Positions 20,828 to 30,244 are shown, numbered from the stretch's first letter. The stretch: DNA of 64,000 nucleotides from an uncultured Chloroflexia bacterium (GCA_963763775.1 CAVXPZ010000003.1:768001-832000); one strand, 5' to 3'. A program made the numbers and translations. Notes: generated by a model from the sequence alone, not told the origin.

Positions 20828-22663
20828 TTGGCCATCGACTCGCCACAGGAATTCCTCGTCCAGCCCGTCGACGCCTCCTGGCTCCAGTGCAACATCGAGT
20901 GCCAGGAAGCGTGCCCGGTCGGGACCAACTGCCGCGGCTACCTCAATCTCGCGGCGGAAGGCCGCTTCGAGGAGGGGTACATCCTGTCGCGCGACCCGAA
21001 CCCGGTCGCGGCCATGTGCTCGTACGTCTGCTCTGCCCCGTGCGAACGCGCCTGCCGGCGCGGCGACATCGACCGCCCGCTCGCGATCCGGGCGATGAAG
21101 CGGTTCCTCGTCGAGTGGCACGAGGCGTCCGGGATCCCCGACGTCATGCCCCAGATCACGGCGCGCGAGGAGCGCGTCGCGGTGGTGGGCGCCGGACCGT
21201 CCGGTATCGCCGTCGCCCGCGAGCTCGCGACGAAGGGCTACCAGGTCACCGTCTTCGACAGCCTCCCCTACGGCGGCGGCACGATGCTCATCGGCGTCCC
21301 GGCGTTCCGCCTCCCGCGCGAGGCCATCGAGATGGACGTGCGGCTGGTCGAGCGGCTCGGCGTCAAGTTCGTGTTCGACACGACGATCGGCAAGGACATC
21401 CCCTTCGACCAGCTCCAGCGCGACTTCGACGCGATCGCGATCACCGCGGGCGCGATGGACGCGGTGGCGCTCGACATCCCGGGCTCCGAGCTCGAGGGTG
21501 TCGACTACGGCGTCGACTTCATGAAGAAGGCGAACCTCGGCCAGCCGCTCGAGGTCGGGACCGACGTGGTCGTCATCGGCGGCGGCTACACCGCGATGGA
21601 CTGCTCGCGCACGAGCCTGCGCCATGGCGCCGAGCGCGTGTCGATCGTCTACCGCCGCACGCGCTCCGAGCTCGTCGTCGACGAGGAGGAGCTGGGCGAG
21701 ACCGAGCGCGAAGGCGTGCGCATGGAGTTCCTCGCCAGCCCGATCGAGATCGTCGGCGAGGACGGCAAGGTCGCCGGCGTCAGGTTCATCCGGAACCGCC
21801 TCGGCGAGCCGGACGCGTCCGGCCGGCGCTCGCCGATCCCGATCGAAGGCTCAGAGTTCATCATCCCGGCCCAGACGGTGATCCCGGCTGTCTCCCAGGC
21901 GGCGGATCTGACCTTCCTCCCGATCGAAGCGAAGTTCGAGATCAACCGCGGCCGGGTCAAGGTGGACCCCGCGACCTACGCCTCCAACGTCAAGGGCGTC
22001 TTCGCCTGCGGCGACTTCGTGACCGGCCCGACGACGCTCATCGAGGCGGCGGGCCACGGCAAGAAGTGCGCGTACGCGATCGACCGCTATCTCTCCGGCC
22101 GCACGGACGTGACGGTCGCGGCGAACGTCAAGATCACCAGCTCGTGGCGCCACGACATGCCGGAGTTCTACGACGTCCTGCCTCGCCAGCACATCCCGAT
22201 GGTGCCGCTCTCGGCGCGGATGCCCTCGACCGAGCCGGTCGTCAACTTCAACACCCCGGTCGAGCTGGGCTACGACGCCACCGGTGCGGTCGCCGAGTCG
22301 ACCCGCTGCCTGATGTGCAACTACAACATCTGGTTCGACCCGTTCCGCTGCGTCCTCTGCGGCGCGTGTGCGGATGTCTGCCCCGAGGGCGTCATCCACA
22401 TGGTCGACATCAACGCGCTCAAGTCCGAGGGGCTCCTCCCCGAGCTCGAAGAGGCCTACGGCTGGGACCAGGGCGGCGCCATGATCCTTGACGAGGAGCG
22501 CTGCATCCGCTGCGCACTCTGCGTCAAGCGGTGCCCGTTCGACGCCATTACGATGGAGCGGTTCGAGCTGCAGGAGATCTCGACCGACGGCCGGCTCTAT
22601 AAGGAGTCGTACCGAGACGCGCAACTCGCCGGGACGCCCGGCGTGGCAGGAGGAGCCCGGTGA
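20828..22663 (+). CDS. GltD/NfnB/DsrL-like FAD/NAD(P)H oxidoreductase with C-terminal 2x[4Fe-4S] ferredoxin
   Basis: CQEACP..CSYVCSAPCERAC; GAGPSG; GGGYTAMD..YRRT; RCLMC; two CxxCxxCxxxCP. Confidence 0.92.
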   Translation: MAIDSPQEFLVQPVDASWLQCNIECQEACPVGTNCRGYLNLAAEGRFEEGYILSRDPNPVAAMCSYVCSAPCERACRRGDIDRPLAIRAMKRFLVEWHEASGIPDVMPQITAREERVAVVGAGPSGIAVARELATKGYQVTVFDSLPYGGGTMLIGVPAFRLPREAIEMDVRLVERLGVKFVFDTTIGKDIPFDQLQRDFDAIAITAGAMDAVALDIPGSELEGVDYGVDFMKKANLGQPLEVGTDVVVIGGGYTAMDCSRTSLRHGAERVSIVYRRTRSELVVDEEELGETEREGVRMEFLASPIEIVGEDGKVAGVRFIRNRLGEPDASGRRSPIPIEGSEFIIPAQTVIPAVSQAADLTFLPIEAKFEINRGRVKVDPATYASNVKGVFACGDFVTGPTTLIEAAGHGKKCAYAIDRYLSGRTDVTVAANVKITSSWRHDMPEFYDVLPRQHIPMVPLSARMPSTEPVVNFNTPVELGYDATGAVAESTRCLMCNYNIWFDPFRCVLCGACADVCPEGVIHMVDINALKSEGLLPELEEAYGWDQGGAMILDEERCIRCALCVKRCPFDAITMERFELQEISTDGRLYKESYRDAQLAGTPGVAGGAR

Positions 22664-23388
22664 GTTTCCTCGAGCGGGTGGACCAGACCATCCGCCGGAG
22701 CCCGGTGTGGCGGTCGATCTTCCGCCAGCCGTACCCCCGCGACGAGCGCTCGCGCGCCTACGCGGTGATGAACAACGTCTTCCTGCACATCCACCCGGTG
22801 CGCGTCCGCCAGCACGCGGTCAAGTTCGCCTACACGTTCTGCCTGGGCGGGCTCAGCTTCTTCCTGTTCCTGGTCCTGACCGTGACCGGCGTGTACCTGA
22901 TGTTCTTCTACGTGCCGAGCGCCACGCAGGCCTACACGAACATCCTCGAGATCCAGAGCCAGGTCGTGTTCGGGCTGCTCACCCGCAACGTCCACCGGTG
23001 GGCCGCCCACCTGATGGTCTTCTTCGTGTTCCTGCACATGATGCGGGTCTTCTACCACGGCGCCTACAAGCCGCCGCGCGAGTTCAACTGGGTCGTCGGC
23101 GTGGTCCTGCTGTTCCTCACGATCATGCTGTCGTTCACCGGCTACCTGCTCCCGTGGGACCAGATCGCCTACTGGGCCATCACCATCGGCACGAACATGG
23201 GCGGCTACGCGCCGCTGTTCAACACGCCGACCAAGCTGATGCTCCTCGGCGGCCTCGAGGTCGGCCAGAACACGCTGCTGCGCTTCTACGTGCTCCACAT
23301 CATGGTGTTCCCGCTCGTGGCCGCCATCTTCCTGGCGGTCCACTTCTGGCGCATCCGCAAGGACGGAGGCATCAGCGGCCCGCTATGA
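22660..23388 (+). CDS. petB: Cytochrome b6-type N-terminal subunit of Rieske/cytb complex
   Basis: FCLGG, RNVHRWAAH, FLHMMRV, FTGYLLPWDQ, RFYVLH..AVHF..IRKDGGISGPL. Confidence 0.92.
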   Translation: MSFLERVDQTIRRSPVWRSIFRQPYPRDERSRAYAVMNNVFLHIHPVRVRQHAVKFAYTFCLGGLSFFLFLVLTVTGVYLMFFYVPSATQAYTNILEIQSQVVFGLLTRNVHRWAAHLMVFFVFLHMMRVFYHGAYKPPREFNWVVGVVLLFLTIMLSFTGYLLPWDQIAYWAITIGTNMGGYAPLFNTPTKLMLLGGLEVGQNTLLRFYVLHIMVFPLVAAIFLAVHFWRIRKDGGISGPL

Positions 23389-23510
23389 CCGCCATCTGCT
23401 TCGTTGTCGCCTGCGCGCCTCGCTCACGCACCTCGAAGTGCGCTCGCTCCGGTGCTCAGCTCCGCCTTGCGTCTGACGGTCCTATCGGCCCACTCGGATT
23501 CGCAGCATGA
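23385..23510 (+). other. ATGA-bounded 41-codon micro-ORF / MIRU-like insert between petB and petD
   Basis: ATG overlaps the petB stop and TGA overlaps the petD start; non-GC3 codon usage; internal palindromic pieces. Confidence 0.55.
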
Positions 23511-24109
23511 GCGACGTGAAGGCGCCGCCCGAGAAGCGCGAAGTGCTGCCGGTCGATCCGACCCGTCGGACCGAGATCGACAAGCAGCGCGTCCCGATGT
23601 CGGCGCGGCCGTACCGGTTGCTCGCGCTCGTCAAGCAGGATGCCGTCGTCCGCGTCCAGAAGGAACCGGACGACACGGTCATGACCTGGCCGCACCTGCT
23701 CACGATCGAGTTCCTCGCGGCCGGCATGATGAGCATCTTCCTGCTGCTGATGGGCCTGATCATCAACGCCCCGCTCGAGGAACTGGCGAACGGCAACGTG
23801 ACGCCGGCGGTGGCCAAGGCCCCGTGGTACTTCCTCGGATTGCAGGAGCTGCTCGCCTACTTCCACCCGACGGTGTCCGGCGTCCTCGTGCCGACGTTCG
23901 TGCTGGTGGGCGCCGCCCTCATCCCGTTCATCGACCGCGCCAACATCCACACGATCCGACCGTCGGAGCGCAAGACCGCGGTCGCGCTCTTCACGCTGTT
24001 CTGCATCCTCGGCCTGACGCTGACGTTCGTCGGCATCTTCTTCCGAGGCCCCGGCTACACCTTCATCATCCCGTACGTCACGGCCCCCGGCGTCTACTTC
24101 GCCCTATGA
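23507..24109 (+). CDS. petD: Rieske/cytb complex subunit IV
   Basis: TWPHLL, APLEELAN..TP..AKAPWYFLGLQELL, IPFIDR..RPSERK. Confidence 0.88.
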   Translation: MSDVKAPPEKREVLPVDPTRRTEIDKQRVPMSARPYRLLALVKQDAVVRVQKEPDDTVMTWPHLLTIEFLAAGMMSIFLLLMGLIINAPLEELANGNVTPAVAKAPWYFLGLQELLAYFHPTVSGVLVPTFVLVGAALIPFIDRANIHTIRPSERKTAVALFTLFCILGLTLTFVGIFFRGPGYTFIIPYVTAPGVYFAL

Positions 24110-24134
24110 CCGCAACCCGAAGGATCCCCTCGCG

Positions 24135-24809
24135 ATGAGCAACTACCACGTCGAACCGGCCGCCAAGCCCGCCGCCCTCACGAAGGAGGCGATCAAGAGC
24201 CTGCGCAAGGAGCAGGTCCAGGGCATCTCGCGGCGGCAGCTCATGCGCACCGCCATCGGTGCCGGGATCGGGCTGTGGCTCCTCGAGGTGACCGCCGGAA
24301 CGCTCGCGTTCATCTGGCCGAACCTCTCGGGCGGCTTCGGCGCCCCGATCGAGATCGGCACGCTCGAGATCGTCAAGGCCCAGAACTCCCAGCTGCCCAT
24401 CGGCGACGGCTTCCCGGCGTACTACTCCGAGGCCCGGGCGTTCGTGATCCTCTACAACCCCGGCCAGCAGGAGTTCCTGCCCGGTGAGGACACGACGGGC
24501 AACGGCCAGGCGCTCAACGTCCGCGCGCTCTACCAGCGCTGCCCGCACCTCGGCTGCAAGCCGAACCCGTGCCAGAAGAACTTCTGGTTCGAGTGTCCGT
24601 GCCACGGCTCGCGCTACGACCGGCTCGGCCAGAAGGCCGACGGACCGCAGTACGGACCGGCGCCGCGGAGCATGGACCGCTTTTCGATCACCGTGAGCAG
24701 CGGGGGCGTGCTCACCATCAACACCGGCAAGATCACGCTCGGCCCGCTGCCGATCGCGCTCGGCCAGCCGGGGCTCATCCCGCCCCTCTCGCCCACGGGC
24801 TGCATCTGA
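24135..24809 (+). CDS. Rieske iron-sulfur subunit
   Basis: Tat-like SRRQLM + TM; CPHLGC and CPCHGSRY; GPAPRSM. Confidence 0.93.
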   Translation: MSNYHVEPAAKPAALTKEAIKSLRKEQVQGISRRQLMRTAIGAGIGLWLLEVTAGTLAFIWPNLSGGFGAPIEIGTLEIVKAQNSQLPIGDGFPAYYSEARAFVILYNPGQQEFLPGEDTTGNGQALNVRALYQRCPHLGCKPNPCQKNFWFECPCHGSRYDRLGQKADGPQYGPAPRSMDRFSITVSSGGVLTINTGKITLGPLPIALGQPGLIPPLSPTGCI

Positions 24810-24854
24810 CGCCGTGACCGACCTGGACCGACGAATGACCCGCCGAGGAGATCG

Positions 24855-25949
24855 ATGAGCGACACGCCCGGACGCGAGCCCGAGGAGCGTCTGCCCGCGA
24901 CCCGGCCGTCCGGTGACGTGGCGCCCGTCGAGGCCGCGCCGGTCGAGCGGTTCAGCTCGTCCGCGTCCACGCGAAGCGTGGAGCTCTCGCCGGAACGAGC
25001 CGCGCAGGTCGTCCGACAGTCGTCGAACGCCCGCTGGGTCGGGTTCCTGGCCGTCGTCGTCGTGATGCTGTTCGTGGCGATCTACTGGTTCTACGAGGTC
25101 GGCACGCCGCTCGGCATGTCCGAGTCGCGGCTGGACCAGGACGCCACGAACCAGGCCGTGGTCAACGTCGAGCGCGGCTACAACGTGTTCGAGGCGAACT
25201 GCGCGCGTTGCCACGGCGCCAATGGCGAGGGTGGCATCGGACCGAAGCTCAACGATCAGGAAAAGCTGTACCAGCACCTCAACGCGAACTACCTGAACAC
25301 CGTGCTGACGGCCGGTGGCCGATACGTCTGCGGCGACGCCAAGTCGCTCATGCCGGTCTGGTCGAACACGGCCACGCCGCCCGGGCCGCTGAACTACCGT
25401 CAGATCCAGGAGGTCATCGCGTTCATCCGCGCGACGGACGAGGTGACCTACACGATCCGCGACCCCGAACTCGGGACACCCGAGGTGGACCCGGTGACCG
25501 GCAAGGTCAAGACGTTCCAGGGCTGGGTCGACCCGAACTACCAGCCGGCGCCCGATGCCACGCCGTTCCCGGCCTGCTGGAAGGACCAGTTCACGACGCC
25601 GTCCGCCGCGCCGTCGGCCTCGGCCGGGGCGTCAGGTGGTCCGATCGCGTCGCCGACGACCGCCCCCACCGGCACGACGATCCCGCTCACCGCGCAGGGC
25701 ATCGCGTTCACCTCGACCGAGCTCACGGCCCCGGCGAACCAGGCCTTCTCCATCGAGTTCGACAACCAGGACGTCGGCGTCCCGCACAACGTCGCCATCC
25801 AGGACTCGACCGGGCAGTTCGTCTTCAAGGGCGAGACCTTCCCGGGGATCGCCAAGCAGGACTACGCCGTCTCGCCGCTCACGGCCGGGACGTACACCTT
25901 CGTGTGCACGGTGCACGCGAACATGAAGGGCACGCTGACGGTTCAATGA
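24855..25949 (+). CDS. Membrane-anchored cytochrome c fused to a C-terminal cupredoxin
   Basis: TM helix, CARCH, ..LMPVW; PT/A linker; HNVAI..YTFVCTVHANMKG type-1 Cu ligands. Confidence 0.9.
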   Translation: MSDTPGREPEERLPATRPSGDVAPVEAAPVERFSSSASTRSVELSPERAAQVVRQSSNARWVGFLAVVVVMLFVAIYWFYEVGTPLGMSESRLDQDATNQAVVNVERGYNVFEANCARCHGANGEGGIGPKLNDQEKLYQHLNANYLNTVLTAGGRYVCGDAKSLMPVWSNTATPPGPLNYRQIQEVIAFIRATDEVTYTIRDPELGTPEVDPVTGKVKTFQGWVDPNYQPAPDATPFPACWKDQFTTPSAAPSASAGASGGPIASPTTAPTGTTIPLTAQGIAFTSTELTAPANQAFSIEFDNQDVGVPHNVAIQDSTGQFVFKGETFPGIAKQDYAVSPLTAGTYTFVCTVHANMKGTLTVQ

Positions 25950-25994
25950 TCGGCGGTCGGTCCGTCGGATCGACCGGATGAGGATGGGAGGACG

Positions 25995-27440
25995 ATGGCG
26001 CAGCAGGCGCTCACACCCGGGATGACGGTTCCGCGGAAACGGGCCATGTTCGGCCTGCTCGACGCGGACGGTTGGGGTTGGGCGTCGGTCAAGGCCTTCG
26101 TCTGGATGGTGTTCATCATCATCATCCTCGGCTACATCCCTGACCGCGCGTACTACTTCACGGTCGGGCGCACGGTCGACCTCGGGGTCCTGGTCTGGTC
26201 GCCGATCAACCTCTGCCCGCCGACCAACGGCTCACTCCCGTGCCCGGCGCCCCTCGGCGCCGTCGTGCCGTGGGAGACCTCGCCGCCGCAGCTGGCGCTC
26301 CCGGCCGCGCGGACCGATGGCTCGATCGTCCAGGTCGGGACCAAGCTGCTGTACATCGGCGGCAGCGATGGGACCGCGGCCAAGCCCGACGTGTACGTCG
26401 CGGAGACGACCGGGACCGGGAACTTCGACAAGTGGGTCCCCGGGCCGTCGCTGCCCGTGGCCCGCTCCGACGCCTCTGCGATCTACGTCGCCGGCAAGAT
26501 CTACCTGCTGGGCGGCAAGGACGAGACGGGCGCCCCGACGGACACGGTCTTCGTCCTCACGCCGAACGCCAGCGGCGACCTCGGGGAGTGGGCCCCGGCC
26601 GACAAGCTGAAGTTGCCCGAAGCGCGCTACGGCACGGCCGCGACCGCCACCGCGGACGGTCTGCTGCTGATCGGCGGTTCGAACGCCGCCGGGCCGGTGG
26701 CGACCACCTGGAAGTCCCTCCTCGACAAGCAGGGCGCGCTCGGGGATTGGGACACCCAGGCGCCGCTCGTCCACCCGCAGTCCGACGGGGCGGCGGCGGT
26801 CGCCGGTAACTACATCTGGTACTTCGGCGGGCACGATGCGACGGGGCCGGTGGGCGCCGTCCAGCGCGGCACGCTCGGGCTGGCGGCCGCCGAAGGTTTC
26901 CCCGAGAACCCCGACGAGGGCAAGCTCGTCCAGTGGGCGATCAGCGACGCCTCCAACCTGCCGGCCGCCCGCGACGATCCGGTCGCCTGGTCGAACCAGG
27001 GGATCCTGTATGTCGCCGGCGGCTCGGACGCGAACGGCCTCCAGAAGGAGCTCTACTGGGCCCCTCCGACCGCCGACGGCGCGATCTCCGAGTGGAAGCA
27101 CCTCGACGTCAGCGACCTGCCGTATCCGCTGGCCGGCGGCGCCGCGCTCGTGAACGGCCCGGCCGCCACGATCGTCGGCGGGACGACGCCGGACGGCGTC
27201 ATCGCCTCGAGCCTACGGGGGAACGCCGCGCCGCAGGCGCCGTTCTTCCGGCTCGGCCTGCTCGGCGCGACCGTCCCGGGTCTCACGATCCAGGGCGAGA
27301 TCGGCCAGCAGCTCGGCTACCTGAACGCGGCCGGCGCGGGCACCGTCGACTTCATCATCCTGATCCTGATCGGCGTGGCGTTCGCCCACAAGGAGCAGAC
27401 CAAGGCCCTCTTCGCGAGATTGTTCCGCCGCAAGCGGTAG
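25995..27440 (+). CDS. Membrane-anchored Kelch-repeat beta-propeller protein
   Basis: Repeats LYIGG, YLLGG, LLIGG, WYFGG, YVAGG, IVGG with LPxAR/W spacing; TM at both ends. Confidence 0.82.
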   Translation: MAQQALTPGMTVPRKRAMFGLLDADGWGWASVKAFVWMVFIIIILGYIPDRAYYFTVGRTVDLGVLVWSPINLCPPTNGSLPCPAPLGAVVPWETSPPQLALPAARTDGSIVQVGTKLLYIGGSDGTAAKPDVYVAETTGTGNFDKWVPGPSLPVARSDASAIYVAGKIYLLGGKDETGAPTDTVFVLTPNASGDLGEWAPADKLKLPEARYGTAATATADGLLLIGGSNAAGPVATTWKSLLDKQGALGDWDTQAPLVHPQSDGAAAVAGNYIWYFGGHDATGPVGAVQRGTLGLAAAEGFPENPDEGKLVQWAISDASNLPAARDDPVAWSNQGILYVAGGSDANGLQKELYWAPPTADGAISEWKHLDVSDLPYPLAGGAALVNGPAATIVGGTTPDGVIASSLRGNAAPQAPFFRLGLLGATVPGLTIQGEIGQQLGYLNAAGAGTVDFIILILIGVAFAHKEQTKALFARLFRRKR

Positions 27441-27546
27441 GGTCGGCGCTGGCCAAGTGCTCCCGTCCGTGGCGGTTCCGGCCTGGCCGTCCGACCCGCA
27501 CGTTCCGACCCCGCGCCCCGGGCCCCGGGCCCCTCTCACTTCCTGC

Positions 27547-27606
27547 CAGATGCCACTCAGGCGAGCACTGGTCAGCGTTTCTCTGACAGATGCCACTCAG
27601 GCGAGC
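27547..27606. repeat. 20-bp direct repeat x2 (period 40)
   Basis: cagatgccactcaggcgagc at 27547 and 27587. Confidence 0.75.
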
Positions 27607-27823
27607 CGTTGACGAGATCCCAGGCTCGGAGCGAGCGTGGCCCACGCTCATCCACGACCCACCGACGACTCGGATGGCGGCGATCCCATGACGATGGCCC
27701 GCCTGATGAGCACTTGGCAGGAACTCGGGTCGGCGGCGACCCACCGCGTTGCGCGAATCGGTGGCGTCACGCCGACCCGCGGGCCCGCGTCGCTGTCGCG
27801 CCGACCCGCGCCGCAGACCGGCG

Positions 27824-28192
27824 TTACGCCGGGACGTCGCCCTCGCCGGGTTCCAACGCTCCGCGACGGACCGGCAGCCCGGCTCGTTCCCACGCGTCCA
27901 TGCCACCAGCCACGTTGACCACGTCCGTGCGGCCGGTGCGAACGAGGTAGCTCGTCACCGACGCGGACCGTCCGCCGACGTGGCAGATCACGAGCAGTGG
28001 CCGATCAGCCGGGACATCGTCGAGCCGCGCCATGAACACGGACGTCGGGATCAGCACCGCGCCTTCGGCGCGCACCGTCTGGAACTCACCGGGCTCCCGG
28101 ACATCGAGCAGCACCGGGTGCGACGGATCCTCGCGCAGCCGGCGTTCGGCTTCCGCGACGTCGATGGTCGGCACGGCACCGGGCAGGGTCAT
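27824..28192 (-). CDS. Rhodanese-like domain protein
   Basis: LLDVREPGEF, ICHVGGRS, NVAGGMDAW. Confidence 0.9.
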   Translation of the reverse strand: MTLPGAVPTIDVAEAERRLREDPSHPVLLDVREPGEFQTVRAEGAVLIPTSVFMARLDDVPADRPLLVICHVGGRSASVTSYLVRTGRTDVVNVAGGMDAWERAGLPVRRGALEPGEGDVPA

Positions 28193-28665
28193 CGGGCTCT
28201 CCTCACGAGGGTCGGGGGTGGAAGGGTCGGACCGTCGGGATGGGCCGCGAGGTCCGCGAGGCGGAGATCGATCTCGAGGATGAGGGCCGGGACATCGACG
28301 TCGAGCCCGCCCGCGCCGCCCGCGCCCGCCGCCCGGCCCGCGCCGACACCCGCGACCCCCTCGGCCAGCCTGTCCCGTGCCCCAACCAGGTTCTTCTCGA
28401 TGCCGGGCGGGTTCCCACGCACCTCGTGGACGTACGCCGCAGCCAGTTTGATCAGGCCCTGGAGCACCGATCGCTCGGCCGGGTCCGCGCTCCCCATCCA
28501 GGCTGGCTCCAGCAGCTCGTGCGCCTCGAAGTAGTCGCCGCGGTCGTACGCGTCCAGCCCGTCCCGGACCGCGGCCACACGCACGTCAAGCGGCAGGGGC
28601 CGGTATGCCTTGGCGCGTCCATCGGCGCCGAGGATCGTCGCGGGCGCCTCCGGCCGGCCGGTCAC
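28189..28665 (-). CDS. DUF309 domain protein
   Basis: YFEAHELLEPAW..QGLIKLAAA. Confidence 0.85.
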   Translation of the reverse strand: MTGRPEAPATILGADGRAKAYRPLPLDVRVAAVRDGLDAYDRGDYFEAHELLEPAWMGSADPAERSVLQGLIKLAAAYVHEVRGNPPGIEKNLVGARDRLAEGVAGVGAGRAAGAGGAGGLDVDVPALILEIDLRLADLAAHPDGPTLPPPTLVRRAR

Positions 28666-29108
28666 ACCAGCTCGCTGAGAGGCTGCCGGCCGCCGAACCC
28701 CGACTCCAGATCGTGCCAGAAGCCGACCTCGGCCTCGCCGAGCTTCCAGCACAGCCAGATCTGGCGGCCGTTGACGAGCGCCGGGAAGTCCACCAGCCCG
28801 TCGGGGATGTCGCGGAGGGTGATGCCCATCGCCTCGATGCGCGCGACGCCGGCCGCCATCTGGTCGATCAGGCCCTGCATCCGAAGTCGCGCGAGGCGCA
28901 GCTCGTCGGCGGCCACCGCGGCCGGCGTGGGCTCGGTGGGGGTCGCGAGGGACGCCGGCGCACCGGCCGCATCGGGATCGGGATGCGCGGCGAGCACCTC
29001 GTCGCGGAGGCGGACGAGATCGGCGCGCTGGCCTGCGAGCGTCGCCAGGATGTCCCGGAGGTCCGGCAGGGCGGCGTTGGCGTCATCGATGTCGTAGAAG
29101 TGCGTCAC
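28662..29108 (-). CDS. DUF2203 domain protein
   Basis: GLVDFPA..LCWKLGE..FWH..GFGGRQPL. Confidence 0.87.
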   Translation of the reverse strand: MTHFYDIDDANAALPDLRDILATLAGQRADLVRLRDEVLAAHPDPDAAGAPASLATPTEPTPAAVAADELRLARLRMQGLIDQMAAGVARIEAMGITLRDIPDGLVDFPALVNGRQIWLCWKLGEAEVGFWHDLESGFGGRQPLSELV

Positions 29109-29196
29109 GGAGCGGCGATTCTAGCCGGACTCGTCGCGTACCATCGAAGCGGAAGGGGCGATGGGACCGCCGACCTGATCGGCGAAGGAGGAGAGC

Positions 29197-30120
29197 ATGC
29201 GCCGGGTCTTCCTGTGGGCCGCCCGGAATCGATGGCTGAAGGCGCACCTGCCGCGACTCGGCTTCATGCGTCGCGCGGTCCGGCGGTTCATGCCGGGCGA
29301 GACCATGGACGAGGCGATCGCGGCCGCTGCACCGCTCGAGGCCGCCGGCATCCGCACGATGTACACCCGGCTCGGGGAGAACCTCGAGAGCCTGGCCGAG
29401 GCCGACGACGTCGTCGCGCACTACGTCGAACTGATCGACCGGATCGCCGCCGCGGGCTACCACGGCGAGGTGTCGGTGAAGCCGACCCAGCTCGGCCTCG
29501 ACGAGGACGCCGACGTCTGCCTCGCGCACCTCGTGCGCCTCGCCGAGCACGCGGCCGCCGCCGGCTCCTACCTCTGGATCGACATGGAGGGCAGCGCCTA
29601 CCGCGAGGCGACGATCAGCCTCTACGAGCGCCTGCGGGCGACGCAGCCGAAGACGGGGATCTGCCTCCAGGCCTACCTCCGCAGCACCGCCGACGACCTG
29701 ACGCGACTGCTTCCGCTCGACCCCGCCGTGCGGTTGGTGAAGGGCGCCTACGACGAGCCCGAGTCGATCGCCTATCGGGACAAGCGCGCCGTCGATTCGA
29801 ATTACGCGGCGCTGGCGGTCCGGTTCCTCCTCGAGGGACGCGGCCGGTCGATGCGGCTCGGGCTGGGAACGCATGACGTGGGGCTCATCGAGCAGATCGC
29901 CGCGACCGTCGAGCCGTCGGGGGTCGCCCGGGACGGCTTCGAGATCGAGATGCTCTACGGCATCCGGGCCAACGAGCAGCAGCGGCTCGCCAAGGCCGGC
30001 TACCGCGTCCAGGTGCTCATCGCCTACGGCGAGCACTGGTACCCGTGGTACATGCGTCGCCTCGCCGAGCGACCCGCGAACGTCTGGTTCGCCCTCCGCC
30101 AGATGATCCCGTCGCGGTAG
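29197..30120 (+). CDS. Monofunctional proline dehydrogenase
   Basis: SVKPTQLG, IDMEGS, LQAYL, RLVKGAY, GTHD, EMLYG, YMRRLAERPAN. Confidence 0.93.
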   Translation: MRRVFLWAARNRWLKAHLPRLGFMRRAVRRFMPGETMDEAIAAAAPLEAAGIRTMYTRLGENLESLAEADDVVAHYVELIDRIAAAGYHGEVSVKPTQLGLDEDADVCLAHLVRLAEHAAAAGSYLWIDMEGSAYREATISLYERLRATQPKTGICLQAYLRSTADDLTRLLPLDPAVRLVKGAYDEPESIAYRDKRAVDSNYAALAVRFLLEGRGRSMRLGLGTHDVGLIEQIAATVEPSGVARDGFEIEMLYGIRANEQQRLAKAGYRVQVLIAYGEHWYPWYMRRLAERPANVWFALRQMIPSR

Positions 30121-30169
30121 CGACCGACGCGAAGCCCGGTCGGTTCGGCCGCTCAGGTACGCTGTCGGT

Positions 30170-30244
30170 GGGCCGGTAGCTCAGCGGTAGAGCACGGGAC
30201 TTTTAATCCCTTGGTCGTGGGTTCGAATCCCACCCGGCTCGCCA
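30170..30244 (+). tRNA. tRNA-Lys (TTT)
   Basis: Cloverleaf GGGCCGG/CCGGCTC, anticodon loop CTTTTAA, GTTCGAATC, encoded CCA. Confidence 0.95.

Noticed and set aside
27547-27606. Mini-CRISPR
   Set aside because: Only two 20-bp repeats with a 20-bp spacer, non-palindromic, no cas genes.
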